A program made the position numbers and the translations under genes. Below, piece after piece: positions 9,939 through 20,053 of a stretch of 64,000 bases of DNA. The stretch's first letter is position 1. Every line of letters begins with the position of its first letter. The notes beneath the pieces are model-generated. The model saw only the letters and a list, made by a program, of their open reading frames with translations. It had not been told where the DNA came from and ran no database searches. This DNA is from Nitrospiraceae bacterium (GTDB taxonomy: Bacteria; Nitrospirota; Nitrospiria; Nitrospirales; Nitrospiraceae), in the NCBI GenBank assembly GCA_050246315.1, contig JBFWWG010000003.1, positions 160,001 to 224,000 on the forward strand, given 5' to 3'.

Positions 9939-10691
9939 ATGGACGAGATCGAACCGACCGGCACCTATCGGCCGCAATACCGTTTTCGATTTCGGAGCGC
10001 GGTCCGTTGGCTGGACCCTCTCCCGCAAATCAAAGAATGGCTCGCAGGCCTCGTGCGCCGCGTCCTGCGCCGCGTCTTCGAACCGGGCATGGTCACCACA
10101 GAACGGGTCGTTGAGTATCCATTCGTCTTTGAGAACCTCAAGAATGTTCGGGGCCACGTCCTCGACGTGGGCTGCTGTCATAGCCGCCTCCCGATTGCGC
10201 TGGCCTCGCGCGGCTACCAGGTCGTCGGACTGGACTTTCACTCCTATGTGTTTCGGCATCCCTGTCTCCAGGCGATTCGCGGCGATCTCACGTCGCTGCC
10301 GTTTGCTCCGGCCTCATTCGACGCCGTCGTAGCCGTGTCGGTCATCGAGCATATCGGTATCGGCCACTACGGCGAGCCGGAAGCGGCGACCGGGGATCGG
10401 CACGCGGTGCGACAGCTTGCCCGAATCCTCAAGCGGAACGGCCGTCTGATCTTGACCGTGCCGTTCGGAGTCTCCCTCACGAATCACTGGATGCGCGTTT
10501 ATGATTCGCACCGGCTTACAACCCTCTGTGAACCGGTCATGATCGACACCATCGAGTTTGCCGTGGCGCGATCGGGCATCTGGAGGCCGAGCTCGCGCGA
10601 AGAAGCCCAAACCGTAGACTGGACAGGACCGGACCGCGCAATCGCCATGATCGTGGCCACCGCCGCTTTGTCAACAGGGATCGGTACATGA
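9939..10691 (+). CDS. SAM-dependent methyltransferase (DUF268-like)
   Basis: ERVVEYPF, LDVGC, SVIEHIGIGHYGE. Confidence 0.8.
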   Translation: MDEIEPTGTYRPQYRFRFRSAVRWLDPLPQIKEWLAGLVRRVLRRVFEPGMVTTERVVEYPFVFENLKNVRGHVLDVGCCHSRLPIALASRGYQVVGLDFHSYVFRHPCLQAIRGDLTSLPFAPASFDAVVAVSVIEHIGIGHYGEPEAATGDRHAVRQLARILKRNGRLILTVPFGVSLTNHWMRVYDSHRLTTLCEPVMIDTIEFAVARSGIWRPSSREEAQTVDWTGPDRAIAMIVATAALSTGIGT

Positions 10692-11866
10692 AGCGCCTGC
10701 TCTTTCTCGCCCCAAGCCTGCCGTCGCCCACCTTCGGCGGCGGCGCGATCCGGATGTATCAGCTCGTCCGGTTTCTCGGGCAACGGTTCGATCTGGATCT
10801 GATCGCTCCGGAGACGCCGGGGACGGAGGGGAGTGAGACGCAATTGCGGTCTTGGTGCCGAGAGGTCAAAATCGTTCCGCAAACCCAACGGCCCGCTTGG
10901 CGGACAGGCAGCCGTCTGGGTCCCTATGAGAAGGATCCCGCCTTGGCCGAAGCCATCCTGCACCGGCTCCGGGACAGGAGATACGGCGCCCTGCAGATCG
11001 AAAAACCGGCCATGATTCCCTATCTTCCCGCCGATCTGCCCATCCCCTTGGTCTTGGATATCTGGGCCTACGGGCTTACTGGTCCGCTCCGCGCAATGAG
11101 GCAGGAGAAGGGGACGCTGGTCCGAGCACGCAATGCGATTCGGGTGATGCGATTCGGCCTCTTCGATGCGTTCTGTTGGCCCCACACGGCCTGCGTCCTG
11201 GTCGTCTCGGAGGAGGATCGGCGACGTTGTCTCCGCACCAGGCCGGAACGCCAGGTGTTGGTGGTTCCCAACGGTGTGGATTCCTCCGATGTCACCCCGC
11301 CGCTGTCCAACGAGTTTCCTCACGGCGTGATCCTGTTTACCGGAGACTTGACCTTCGGTCCCAATATCGACGCGGCGGAACTACTGGCGTTGCGTCTCCT
11401 CCCGAGGGTTCTGGCCAGCCACCCCGAGGCCGAATTACGTCTGGTTGGACGCAATCCCGGTCCACGCCTGCAACGGTTGGCCGGTCCACGCGTGCGCATC
11501 ATTGCGAACGTGCCTGACATGCGACCCTATCTCCACGATGCCACGGTCTTCGCGGCACCGCATTTCACGGGAGCCGGAACCAGGACAAAGATCTTGGAGG
11601 CGATGGCGGCCGGCCTGCCCGTAGTGACGACGAGCATCGGAGCACAGGGAATCGAGGCGGAAGCAGGCCGTGATCTCATCGTGACGGATGATCTGCCGGC
11701 GCTCGGCGAAGCCCTGTGCGGGTTGTTGGCCGATCCCTGGATGAGAGCCGATTTGGGGCGAGCGGCAAGGCACTTGATCGAAGACCGTTACGATTGGGAC
11801 CGCTGCCTTGCGCCCCTGGAAGGCCTGTACCACACGTGGTTGAGGGAACGGGCGATTGCATGTTGA
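10688..11866 (+). CDS. glycosyltransferase family 4
   Basis: VVPNGVD, GTRTKILEAMAAGLPVVTT. Confidence 0.9.
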   Translation: MKRLLFLAPSLPSPTFGGGAIRMYQLVRFLGQRFDLDLIAPETPGTEGSETQLRSWCREVKIVPQTQRPAWRTGSRLGPYEKDPALAEAILHRLRDRRYGALQIEKPAMIPYLPADLPIPLVLDIWAYGLTGPLRAMRQEKGTLVRARNAIRVMRFGLFDAFCWPHTACVLVVSEEDRRRCLRTRPERQVLVVPNGVDSSDVTPPLSNEFPHGVILFTGDLTFGPNIDAAELLALRLLPRVLASHPEAELRLVGRNPGPRLQRLAGPRVRIIANVPDMRPYLHDATVFAAPHFTGAGTRTKILEAMAAGLPVVTTSIGAQGIEAEAGRDLIVTDDLPALGEALCGLLADPWMRADLGRAARHLIEDRYDWDRCLAPLEGLYHTWLRERAIAC

Positions 11867-12894
11867 CGAGTTCCATTGTGGTGCCCATCTTGAATGCCGC
11901 CCGCACCCTCCCGGTTTGCCTGCGCGCGCTGGACCGACTCTGTCCCGCTCCAGACGAAGTGGTCCTCGTCGATAACGGATCGACCGACGGCAGCCTCCGT
12001 TTGGCCCAGACCTTTGCAGGCGAGCCCCATCCGTTTCGAGTTCGACTTCTCTCGTCTGCGCCATACAGCGCCTCCATCGCGCGCAATGCCGGGTTCAAGG
12101 CCGCGACCGGAGACATCGTCGTATTTACAGATGCGGATTGTTCGCCCGAACCGAACTGGCTCGGGCGTTTGCTCGAATGCTTTGACCATCACCAGATCGG
12201 CGCCGTGGCCGGCCGTGTGGTCGGCCATCCTGGATCCACGTTGCCCGAGCTCTTCAGCACGCTCTATACGCTACGGCTTCCCAAGGAGGCCTCGCTCCAC
12301 GACCGTTGGACTCCGATACAGGGAGGCTTTCCAACCGCCAATCTTGCGGTCCGCCGGATCGTTCTGGAACGAATCCAGGGGTTCGACGAACGAGTGGCCA
12401 TTTATGGAGAGGATTACGATCTCTGCGTGAGACTTTATGCAGATGGCTGGCAACTCCGGTACCGGCCGGAGGCGAAGGTCATTCACCATCACCGGACAAC
12501 ATTGGCCGGGCTCCTGCGACAGGCCTTCGGGTTCGGATTGGGCCATGCCTATCTGATCCACACACATCTCCACAGAGGGATGCGCATTGATCTCCCGAGG
12601 GGCTCAGCCACCTGGAGCCGAGCTCCGATTCCCGGTTGGATTGATTGCGCCTCCGCCGATAAGAAATGCCTGGCGATCCTGGCCTGTTCGCTCATCGTCC
12701 CAGCCCTTGGCTGGCTAGTCCCTGCCTATTGGTTGCTGCTGGCTCTACAGGCACGCCAGCGGGCCGTCGCCGAACAGCTCGATGCCTCATGGATCGCCTC
12801 GGTCGGCCTGGGAGCCCTGCTGATCGCCAAATCCGGAGCGATGACAGCCGGCCGGTGGGTCGGGTCGGTGAGGTACGGAGCGTTCTGTCTATGA
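11860..12894 (+). CDS. glycosyltransferase family 2 with C-terminal TM segments
   Basis: SIVVPILN, VDNGSTD, FTDADC (DxD), GEDYDL. Confidence 0.9.
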   Translation: MLTSSIVVPILNAARTLPVCLRALDRLCPAPDEVVLVDNGSTDGSLRLAQTFAGEPHPFRVRLLSSAPYSASIARNAGFKAATGDIVVFTDADCSPEPNWLGRLLECFDHHQIGAVAGRVVGHPGSTLPELFSTLYTLRLPKEASLHDRWTPIQGGFPTANLAVRRIVLERIQGFDERVAIYGEDYDLCVRLYADGWQLRYRPEAKVIHHHRTTLAGLLRQAFGFGLGHAYLIHTHLHRGMRIDLPRGSATWSRAPIPGWIDCASADKKCLAILACSLIVPALGWLVPAYWLLLALQARQRAVAEQLDASWIASVGLGALLIAKSGAMTAGRWVGSVRYGAFCL

Positions 12895-13901
12895 CGCCAT
12901 CCGTCTCAATCATTCTCTGTTCCAAAGATCGTCCCGACGACCTGACCCGGGCGATCGCCTCCATCCGGAGCTGCGATGAAATCGGACGGCAGGCCGAACT
13001 GGTCGTGGTGGAGGAATGTTCCCAAGCACGCGCCATTCCCGGCGTTCGTTATGTTCACCTGCCACCGTTGGGCCTCGGATTCGGCCATGCGCGCAATACC
13101 GGTTTGATGGCCGCCGGCGGCGACATCTTGCTCTTCATCGACGATGATTGCCGAGCCGTGCCGGGATGGGCCTCCGCTCTCGTCCGCCATTTTTCATCAG
13201 ATCCATCGGTCCTCGGTGTGGCGGGTGCCGTCCTGGTCAAAGACTGCGGCCTGATCGGTCATGCGGAACATATCCTGGGATTTCCGGGTGGCGGGCTTCG
13301 CACCGTGCATGAGGCCAGGGGGCGCGTGATTCCTACCTGCCACCTTTCCACCTGCAACTGTGCCTACCGCCGCACGGCCTTGGAACGAATCGGCGGCTTT
13401 CCAGAAGAGACGACATGGGGCGGGGAGGATGCGTTGGTCGCGGAGCGGATCTCGGCGATCGGCCCCTGTCTGTTTGCACCGGACGCGCAGGTTTACCACC
13501 GGACCCGCGATGGGCTGGGCCAGATCTTCCTCTGGTTTGTCAGGCGAGGACGCAGCGATGTGGCCACCATCCGGTATCACGCCGACCGTCGTCGCTACAT
13601 AACCGGTCTCCTGCGCCATTCCTGGGCCTTCAAAGCGATCCCGCTCGTGGGATTCATGGCCGTCGTGCCAAACCCGATTTCCCTTCTGAGCCTCATGATC
13701 CTGATCTACTATGGGGTTCTACTTCGACGTTATCGCTTTGCCCGGCAATATGACCCCCATCGGAAGGCCCTTTGGTTGGTGCCGATTGTGAAACTCGTCA
13801 TGGATCTGGGCGCCGATGTGGGCCGGATAATGGCCTCGTTCGCGAAGGCCTCGACCGGAACTACACGATCCTCGGCGCCCGAAACGACCACAAGACCATG
13901 A
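12891..13901 (+). CDS. glycosyltransferase family 2 with C-terminal TM segments
   Basis: VSIILCSKDR, ARNTG, FIDDDC, GGED. Confidence 0.9.
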   Translation: MTPSVSIILCSKDRPDDLTRAIASIRSCDEIGRQAELVVVEECSQARAIPGVRYVHLPPLGLGFGHARNTGLMAAGGDILLFIDDDCRAVPGWASALVRHFSSDPSVLGVAGAVLVKDCGLIGHAEHILGFPGGGLRTVHEARGRVIPTCHLSTCNCAYRRTALERIGGFPEETTWGGEDALVAERISAIGPCLFAPDAQVYHRTRDGLGQIFLWFVRRGRSDVATIRYHADRRRYITGLLRHSWAFKAIPLVGFMAVVPNPISLLSLMILIYYGVLLRRYRFARQYDPHRKALWLVPIVKLVMDLGADVGRIMASFAKASTGTTRSSAPETTTRP

Positions 13902-15016
13902 CGGATCACCCGGTTCCCGTGCTGTATGTCTCGCATCATGCCGATATCACCGGCGGGGGAGAGATCAGCCTGCTCGCACTCCTGAAGGGCCTCGACCGTG
14001 AGACCTGGGCCCCGGTTGTCGTCGTTCCCGGCGAAGGCCAGGTGGCCGAACATTGTCGCGCCATGACCGTTCCCACTCATGTCGTTCCCATGCCCTCGTG
14101 CCGGTGGCCAAGCGCGGCCATGCGAGCCGGCGTCAGAACCTTGCGACGGCTCATCGAGGACTCACGCGCGGAGCTGGTGCATGCCAACGGATCGCGAGCC
14201 ATGGTCTATGCAGCCCTGGCTCGCCGAACGACAAGGGCGCGGGTCATCTGGCACGTTCGTGTGGCGGATTCGGACGGCGTGCTGGATCGCCTACTAGCCG
14301 CATCCGCGGATCACATCATTGTCAATTCCCAGGCGGTCGGGGGCCGCTTCCACTATGTCCCGCAGAAGAAGCTGGCCTGCATTCACAACGGGGTTGATCC
14401 GGCCGACTATGGCATGGTGCCAGCGGCGGATCGATCGGCGTTCCGCCGGAGTTATGGGATTCCCGCGGACGTTCCCGTTGTGGTCAGCGTCGGGCGCTTC
14501 GTGCCCTACAAGGGCTATCGGTTTCTGATTCAGGCGGCGCACCGTCTGGTAGGCCGCGTGCCGGAAATTCATTGGCTGCTGGTCGGCGACGGCGAGGAGC
14601 GAAGCGGGCTTGAACGGCTTTCCAAGGATCTGGGTCTCGAACGAATCGTGCACTTTACCGGCTGGCTTTCGCGTCCGCAGTTCGCGCTCTCGGCGGGCGA
14701 CCTCTTCGTGTTGCCCTCGCTCGGCGAGCACTTTGGGCGGGTGCTTCTCGAAGCCATGGCCATGCGCAAGGCGGTGGTGGCGACCAATGCCGGGGGTGTT
14801 CGGGAGATCGTGAAAGCAGGCTTGACCGGCGTGCTCGTCCCGCCATCCGATTCGCAGGCACTGGCCGAGGCGGTGCAGGGGCTGTTGGCCAACCGGTCGT
14901 TGGCCGACTATCTCGGCATCAACGGGAGAGAGCGAGTAGAAACCTATTTCACGCTCGATCGACATCTCCAGGCGGTGGGGAACCTGTATCGATCGTTGCT
15001 CTTCGGTCAACCATGA
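13898..15016 (+). CDS. glycosyltransferase family 4
   Basis: GGGEISL, IHNGVD, EHFGRVLLEAMA. Confidence 0.9.
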   Translation: MTDHPVPVLYVSHHADITGGGEISLLALLKGLDRETWAPVVVVPGEGQVAEHCRAMTVPTHVVPMPSCRWPSAAMRAGVRTLRRLIEDSRAELVHANGSRAMVYAALARRTTRARVIWHVRVADSDGVLDRLLAASADHIIVNSQAVGGRFHYVPQKKLACIHNGVDPADYGMVPAADRSAFRRSYGIPADVPVVVSVGRFVPYKGYRFLIQAAHRLVGRVPEIHWLLVGDGEERSGLERLSKDLGLERIVHFTGWLSRPQFALSAGDLFVLPSLGEHFGRVLLEAMAMRKAVVATNAGGVREIVKAGLTGVLVPPSDSQALAEAVQGLLANRSLADYLGINGRERVETYFTLDRHLQAVGNLYRSLLFGQP

Positions 15017-15861
15017 CGGCTTGCAATCTCTGCGGAGGCACGGCCTGGACTGTTCTGGATGACCTGGCGCTCACCAGGGTGGTGCGTTGTTCCTGTGAGC
15101 TGGTCTTCGTCACACCCTTGCCGGACCGGCCGACCATCGAATCGACCTACGACGCCCACTACTACCAAGAATGGCAATCCCAGGCCGCCGAACGCCGACG
15201 CATGTGGATCACGCGCATGCAACTGGTGGAGTCCCTGTGGCCTGGGGAGGGGACTCTCTTGGATATCGGCTGCGGCGAAGGGACATTTTTGCGGTTGACC
15301 AGAAGCCGTGGTTGGCATGGTGTCGGCACAGAGTTGTCCGGCTTTGCCTCCCAGGCCTCGCCTGATCTGACGATTCATCACGGAGAGGTCTGGGAAGCCG
15401 GACTTCGCCCCGGCTCATTCGACGTCGTGACCTGCTGGCACGTCATAGAACACGTCAGAGATCCCTTGCGTCTCCTTTCAGAAGTTTTCCGGCTACTCCG
15501 TCCAGGAGGTCTCTTGTTACTGGCAACTCCCAACGGGCGTGATTATCTGTTCCGCCTGGCCTATCTGGTCGCCAGAGGACGTTGGCCTCCGCTTTACGAA
15601 CCAGATGAACGGGAGCTGCATCTCTATTACTTCAACGCGGCCACACTACGGGCCTTGGCGGAAAAGGCCGGGTTTCGGGATCTGACGATCGGCTATGACG
15701 AGGGGGCCGCAGTGACACCGGCCAAACGGCTGGTAGACCGGCTGGGCTATTGGTGGTACCGCGCGACCGGCCTGCATTGGGGCATGGGTCTCCAGCTTGT
15801 CGCGCGCAGGACGGGAGGATCGGAGGCGTCTGCCAGACCACGATCTTCGGGGCCATTATGA
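15013..15861 (+). CDS. SAM-dependent methyltransferase with N-terminal Zn-ribbon
   Basis: CNLC...CSC; LLDIGCGEG; WHVIEHV; LRPGG. Confidence 0.85.
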   Translation: MTACNLCGGTAWTVLDDLALTRVVRCSCELVFVTPLPDRPTIESTYDAHYYQEWQSQAAERRRMWITRMQLVESLWPGEGTLLDIGCGEGTFLRLTRSRGWHGVGTELSGFASQASPDLTIHHGEVWEAGLRPGSFDVVTCWHVIEHVRDPLRLLSEVFRLLRPGGLLLLATPNGRDYLFRLAYLVARGRWPPLYEPDERELHLYYFNAATLRALAEKAGFRDLTIGYDEGAAVTPAKRLVDRLGYWWYRATGLHWGMGLQLVARRTGGSEASARPRSSGPL

Positions 15862-16961
15862 AATTGGGCATCGATGGGCGGGAGCTGCAGAGAGGGATGC
15901 GGACGGGAATCGGCCGCTACCTGAGGGAAATCCTGCGGGCACTCGATCGCCATAAGTGGGATTGCATCGTCTACGGCGAGCGGTCCACCGCTCTGCCTCA
16001 AGACCTAGCCCACATCCCGGTGAAGCGGCTGGCCGCGCCCTGGACATCCTGGTGGGATCAGATTACTCTCCCGGCGTCGCTTCGCGCGGACGAGGTGACG
16101 GTGTTCTTTTCCCCCTATTACAAGTGCCCATTGCGGACGACTTGTCCCACCGTCATCACCATTCACGACCTGCTGTTCATCGGATATCCGGGCGCCCATC
16201 GCCCGATCCACGACCGCGCCATGACGCGTCTCGCGAAACTCTATGCTGACCGAGCGACCAGCATCGTTGCCGATTCCGAATTCTCGAAGCAGTCGATCGT
16301 CGATCGTCTGGGTGTCGATGCCGCAAAGGTGACGGTCGTGCCGGTCGGTCTCGGACCGGAGTTCCGTCCGACTCCGATTCAACCGGATCTCCTGGCCCGC
16401 TACGGCATCACCGATCGTTATGTGCTGACAATCGGCAATTTCATGCCTCACAAGAATCTCCGGCGATTGGTGCAAGCCTTTGCCCGGTTATCGTCCGGGC
16501 TCCGCAGTCGCTACCACCTCGTACTCGCGGGGCGGGGCTCCGGCGCTGCTTCTCTTCTGAAGCAGGAGGCGCGCACGTTGCAGATCGAAGACCGTTTGTG
16601 GTTTCCCGGTCCGATCCATGATGAGCACCTTCCCATGGTGTATAGCGGGGCCGACTTGTTCGTGCTGCCATCGCTGGCAGAGGGCTTCGGACTTCCGGCG
16701 CTGGAAGCGATGGCTTGCGGAACAGCGGTCGTGGTTTCGAATCACACGTCGCTCCCCGAGGTCGTCGGCACCGCAGGAGCCTTGTGCGATCCGACCGATC
16801 CAGGATCGTTGGCTGCGACCTTGGAGCGAGTGTTGGAGGACCGGAGCCTTCGTGAGGACCTTGGCCGAAGAGGTATCGAGCGCGCCCGCCGTTTTACTCC
16901 CGATCGCACGACTGGGCAAGTACTTCATATCATCGAACGGGCGGCAAAGTTGGCGGCATAA
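15858..16961 (+). CDS. glycosyltransferase family 4 (WbaZ/MtfB-like)
   Basis: LGIDGR..TGIGRY, TIHDL, EGFGLPALEAMACG. Confidence 0.9.
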   Translation: MKLGIDGRELQRGMRTGIGRYLREILRALDRHKWDCIVYGERSTALPQDLAHIPVKRLAAPWTSWWDQITLPASLRADEVTVFFSPYYKCPLRTTCPTVITIHDLLFIGYPGAHRPIHDRAMTRLAKLYADRATSIVADSEFSKQSIVDRLGVDAAKVTVVPVGLGPEFRPTPIQPDLLARYGITDRYVLTIGNFMPHKNLRRLVQAFARLSSGLRSRYHLVLAGRGSGAASLLKQEARTLQIEDRLWFPGPIHDEHLPMVYSGADLFVLPSLAEGFGLPALEAMACGTAVVVSNHTSLPEVVGTAGALCDPTDPGSLAATLERVLEDRSLREDLGRRGIERARRFTPDRTTGQVLHIIERAAKLAA

Positions 16962-16981
16962 CAGATGGCAAGGAGCCGTTC

Positions 16982-17923
16982 ATGATCCGGGCTGTGCCCT
17001 GCGCCTGTCGCGACAATATAGCGGAGGTGATGAGAATACGGTCCGGAATGCGATTGGCCCAGTGCCGAGCCTGCGGCCTCATCGCCCGTCCGGACGCTCC
17101 CCCTCCGCACGCGCTGGAACGTTTCTATGACCGCGAGTACAACCGGTGCTTCGAGGCCGAACAGTCCGGTACGAGAGACAATCTCCAGGTCCATGCGCTC
17201 CGGCGCATCGAGTCGCGCGTCCGGAATCTTGATCGACAGCCGAACACCCACCCGGCTCCTCAGGGTCATCTTATTGATGTCGGCTGCGGAAGAGGCCGAC
17301 TGCTCCACCTGGCGAGGCAAGCAGGATGGTCGGTCGTGGGATTCGATCCGTCCAGCGACAGAGAGATTCCCGGTGCTGCCGAAATTGAAATTCGCCGTGC
17401 TTCATGGCCTATCGTGAACATCGCCGACGACTCAGCGGATGCCATCGTCTTTCTCAATGTGTTGGACCACCTGCCCGACCCCCTCCTGGCCCTACAGGCG
17501 GCCTGGCGGGCGCTTCGTCCCGGCGGCGCAATCTACGTTCGAGTGCCCAACGGCCCGTTTCATCTCCGCCTATTGACCGGGCGTTGGGGGCGGACGCTGT
17601 CGGCCATGACCGTCTTCCACCTCTACGGATTCGGCCGACGTTCGCTCCAGCATTTTCTCGCCCGCACCGGGTTCGAACGGATCGATATCCGCACGGCTCC
17701 CTTGAGCGAGGGGGACGCCTATGCGAGTGGGACAACGCGACGGACGGCCCGGTCGGTGGCGAAGCATGCGTTGAAGGCGGGCTACAACTTGTCGGCCTGG
17801 GTTGGGCTCGACCGATGGCCCTGGGGTCCGTCGATTGAAGCCCTCGCGTCAAAACCGAACCGATCGCCGGATCTCATGGGGCGTGTCGGCTCCCGTTCTG
17901 AGACACAGGATCGCGCAGGATGA
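16982..17923 (+). CDS. SAM-dependent methyltransferase with N-terminal Zn-ribbon
   Basis: CAC...CRACG; IDVGCGRG; VLDHLPDP; LRPGG. Confidence 0.8.
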   Translation: MIRAVPCACRDNIAEVMRIRSGMRLAQCRACGLIARPDAPPPHALERFYDREYNRCFEAEQSGTRDNLQVHALRRIESRVRNLDRQPNTHPAPQGHLIDVGCGRGRLLHLARQAGWSVVGFDPSSDREIPGAAEIEIRRASWPIVNIADDSADAIVFLNVLDHLPDPLLALQAAWRALRPGGAIYVRVPNGPFHLRLLTGRWGRTLSAMTVFHLYGFGRRSLQHFLARTGFERIDIRTAPLSEGDAYASGTTRRTARSVAKHALKAGYNLSAWVGLDRWPWGPSIEALASKPNRSPDLMGRVGSRSETQDRAG

Positions 17924-18123
17924 GAACCACCTTCACAAGTCGATGGAAGCAACAGCTCAAGTGGGGGGAGGCGACCGTCCTGCTGGCCCTGTTGACCGCG
18001 CTATTGGTGCTCGGCCTCAGTTATTTCATCCGTACTTATTACCAGCACGACCTCAAGGACTATCATCCCTTCGATTCAGAGCGAGAGTTTCAACTGCAAC
18101 AGGCCAAGCCAGAGAAACGGTGA
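17920..18123 (+). CDS. small single-pass membrane protein, unknown function
   Basis: 67 aa, one hydrophobic helix; ATGA-coupled to the upstream gene and fills the gap before asnB. Confidence 0.6.
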   Translation: MRTTFTSRWKQQLKWGEATVLLALLTALLVLGLSYFIRTYYQHDLKDYHPFDSEREFQLQQAKPEKR

Positions 18124-18130
18124 CCGGACC

Positions 18131-20053
18131 ATGTGCGGAATTTGCGGCGTCATGGGTGCCAACCCGTCGGCATTGCTGGACCGGATGCTTCCGGCCCTGC
18201 GGCATCGCGGGCCCGACGAAGAAGGACGCTATGTATCGCATAACATGGCCATCGGCGCGCGCCGTCTGCAGGTCATCGATCCGCAGGGCGGCCATCAACC
18301 CATCTCCAATGAAACCGGAACGGTCTGGGTCGCGCTCAATGGGGAAATTTACAACTACCGAGAACTCCGAGACGAGTTACTGCGGAACGGACACCGCTTT
18401 GGCTCCCAATGCGATACGGAAGTCCTGGCCCATCTCTACGAGGAGGAAGGACTTGCCGGCATCAAGCGGTTGCAAGGTATGTTCGCGTTCGCCCTCTGGG
18501 ACAGGGAACGCGAGACACTCCTGCTGGCCCGCGACCGAATAGGCATCAAGCCCCTCTACTATGCGACAGACGCAGGGGAGGCGGGCAGCCGGTTCCAGTT
18601 CGCATTCGCCTCGGAACTCCCCGTGCTGGCCTCTGCGCTGGACCGATCGCAGCCGGAACCGGAAGCCCTCCTCGATTATCTGACATGGCTCTATGTGCCG
18701 AGCCCGCGGACCCTGTACCGCGGGATCCAACATCTTCCTCCCGGACACCTGTTGCGGTATCGGCACGGACAGGTCGAGATCGTCCGGTACGCTGCGATCG
18801 ACGACCCGGGTGTGAGGCCTCTCTGGTCATCGCCCGCCGAAGCCCGCGAACAGTTCATCGAGCTGTTCCGCGAGACGGTGAAGGCCCATTTGATCAGCGA
18901 TGTGCCACTCGGACTGTTTCTCTCCGGAGGTTTGGATAGTTCGGCCATTCTCGCCATGATGCGCCAGGTGACTAGCGGGACAATCCGCACCTTTTCCATC
19001 GGGTACGCGACCCCATCCGATCAGTCGTACAATGAGCTGGAACGGGCGCGGGCCGTCGCGGCGCATTTCGGTACCACCCATTCTGAATCAGTTCTCGACC
19101 CGGACATCACAATGCTCCTGCCGCGCATCGCGGCCGCTATGGGCGAGCCCTTTGCCGACTCCGCGGCGATCCCGACCTATTTGTTGTCTCAAGTCGCCCA
19201 TCAGTCCGTGACCGTCGCCCTCTCCGGCATCGGTGGGGATGAACTCTTTGGCGGCTATCCCCGACATCTGGGCATGAGGGCGCTGACTCCGTATCTCACC
19301 TTGCCGAGATCGCTCCGGGCCGCTCTGTCTGCCCTCGCGACAGGGCTCCTGCGGGAAGGGGTGGACGGACGGGATCAAACGGGACGGGTCAAACGATTTC
19401 TCCGGTTCGGCAATGGGGAACCCGTCGAACAATATCTCTCATGGACGTCTTTCCTGCCGCCGGAGTGGGGGATTCGGGCCTTCGAACCGGAGTTTCTTGC
19501 ACAGGTCTCCGGGTACGTCCCGTTGGCCCGATCGCGCGCCCTCTTCCAGAGCTGGCCCGGCAAGACTCTGGCCGACCAGGCGATGGGACTCGACCTCCAA
19601 ACCTATCTGCCGGACGATCTGCTCCGCATGGCGGATCGTCTGAGCATGACCCATTCACTGGAGCTCCGTGTCCCCTTCTGCGACCACCGGCTGCTGGAAT
19701 TCGCCAAGGGTCTCTCCGTCTCGATGCGATTCGAGGGCTGGCGCCTCAAAGGATTCTTGAGGACCGCGCTCGAGCCGTGGCTCCCGGCCTCTGTGCTGGC
19801 AGGCCCGAAACTGGGTTTCCGCGTTCCGCTCGCCCGCTGGCTCCGAGAGGACCTTCGCGAGCTGCTGCAGGATCATCTCACGACCTCCTCCGGCATCCTT
19901 CGGAGTATGCTGCGTCCCGCCTACGTGCAGTGGCTGCTGGATGAGCACCTCAGCGGACGGCGCAACTTCACCGATCAGCTCTATGCGTTGTTGATGCTTG
20001 AAGTCTGGATGGCACAAGGAATCGAGAGGTATGAATATACTGTTGCTCGCTGA
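18131..20053 (+). CDS. asnB: asparagine synthase (glutamine-hydrolysing)-like amidotransferase, polysaccharide-associated
   Basis: MCGICG Ntn Cys, HRGPD, NGEIYN, LSGGLDSS, SGIGGDELFGGY. Confidence 0.92.
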   Translation: MCGICGVMGANPSALLDRMLPALRHRGPDEEGRYVSHNMAIGARRLQVIDPQGGHQPISNETGTVWVALNGEIYNYRELRDELLRNGHRFGSQCDTEVLAHLYEEEGLAGIKRLQGMFAFALWDRERETLLLARDRIGIKPLYYATDAGEAGSRFQFAFASELPVLASALDRSQPEPEALLDYLTWLYVPSPRTLYRGIQHLPPGHLLRYRHGQVEIVRYAAIDDPGVRPLWSSPAEAREQFIELFRETVKAHLISDVPLGLFLSGGLDSSAILAMMRQVTSGTIRTFSIGYATPSDQSYNELERARAVAAHFGTTHSESVLDPDITMLLPRIAAAMGEPFADSAAIPTYLLSQVAHQSVTVALSGIGGDELFGGYPRHLGMRALTPYLTLPRSLRAALSALATGLLREGVDGRDQTGRVKRFLRFGNGEPVEQYLSWTSFLPPEWGIRAFEPEFLAQVSGYVPLARSRALFQSWPGKTLADQAMGLDLQTYLPDDLLRMADRLSMTHSLELRVPFCDHRLLEFAKGLSVSMRFEGWRLKGFLRTALEPWLPASVLAGPKLGFRVPLARWLREDLRELLQDHLTTSSGILRSMLRPAYVQWLLDEHLSGRRNFTDQLYALLMLEVWMAQGIERYEYTVAR

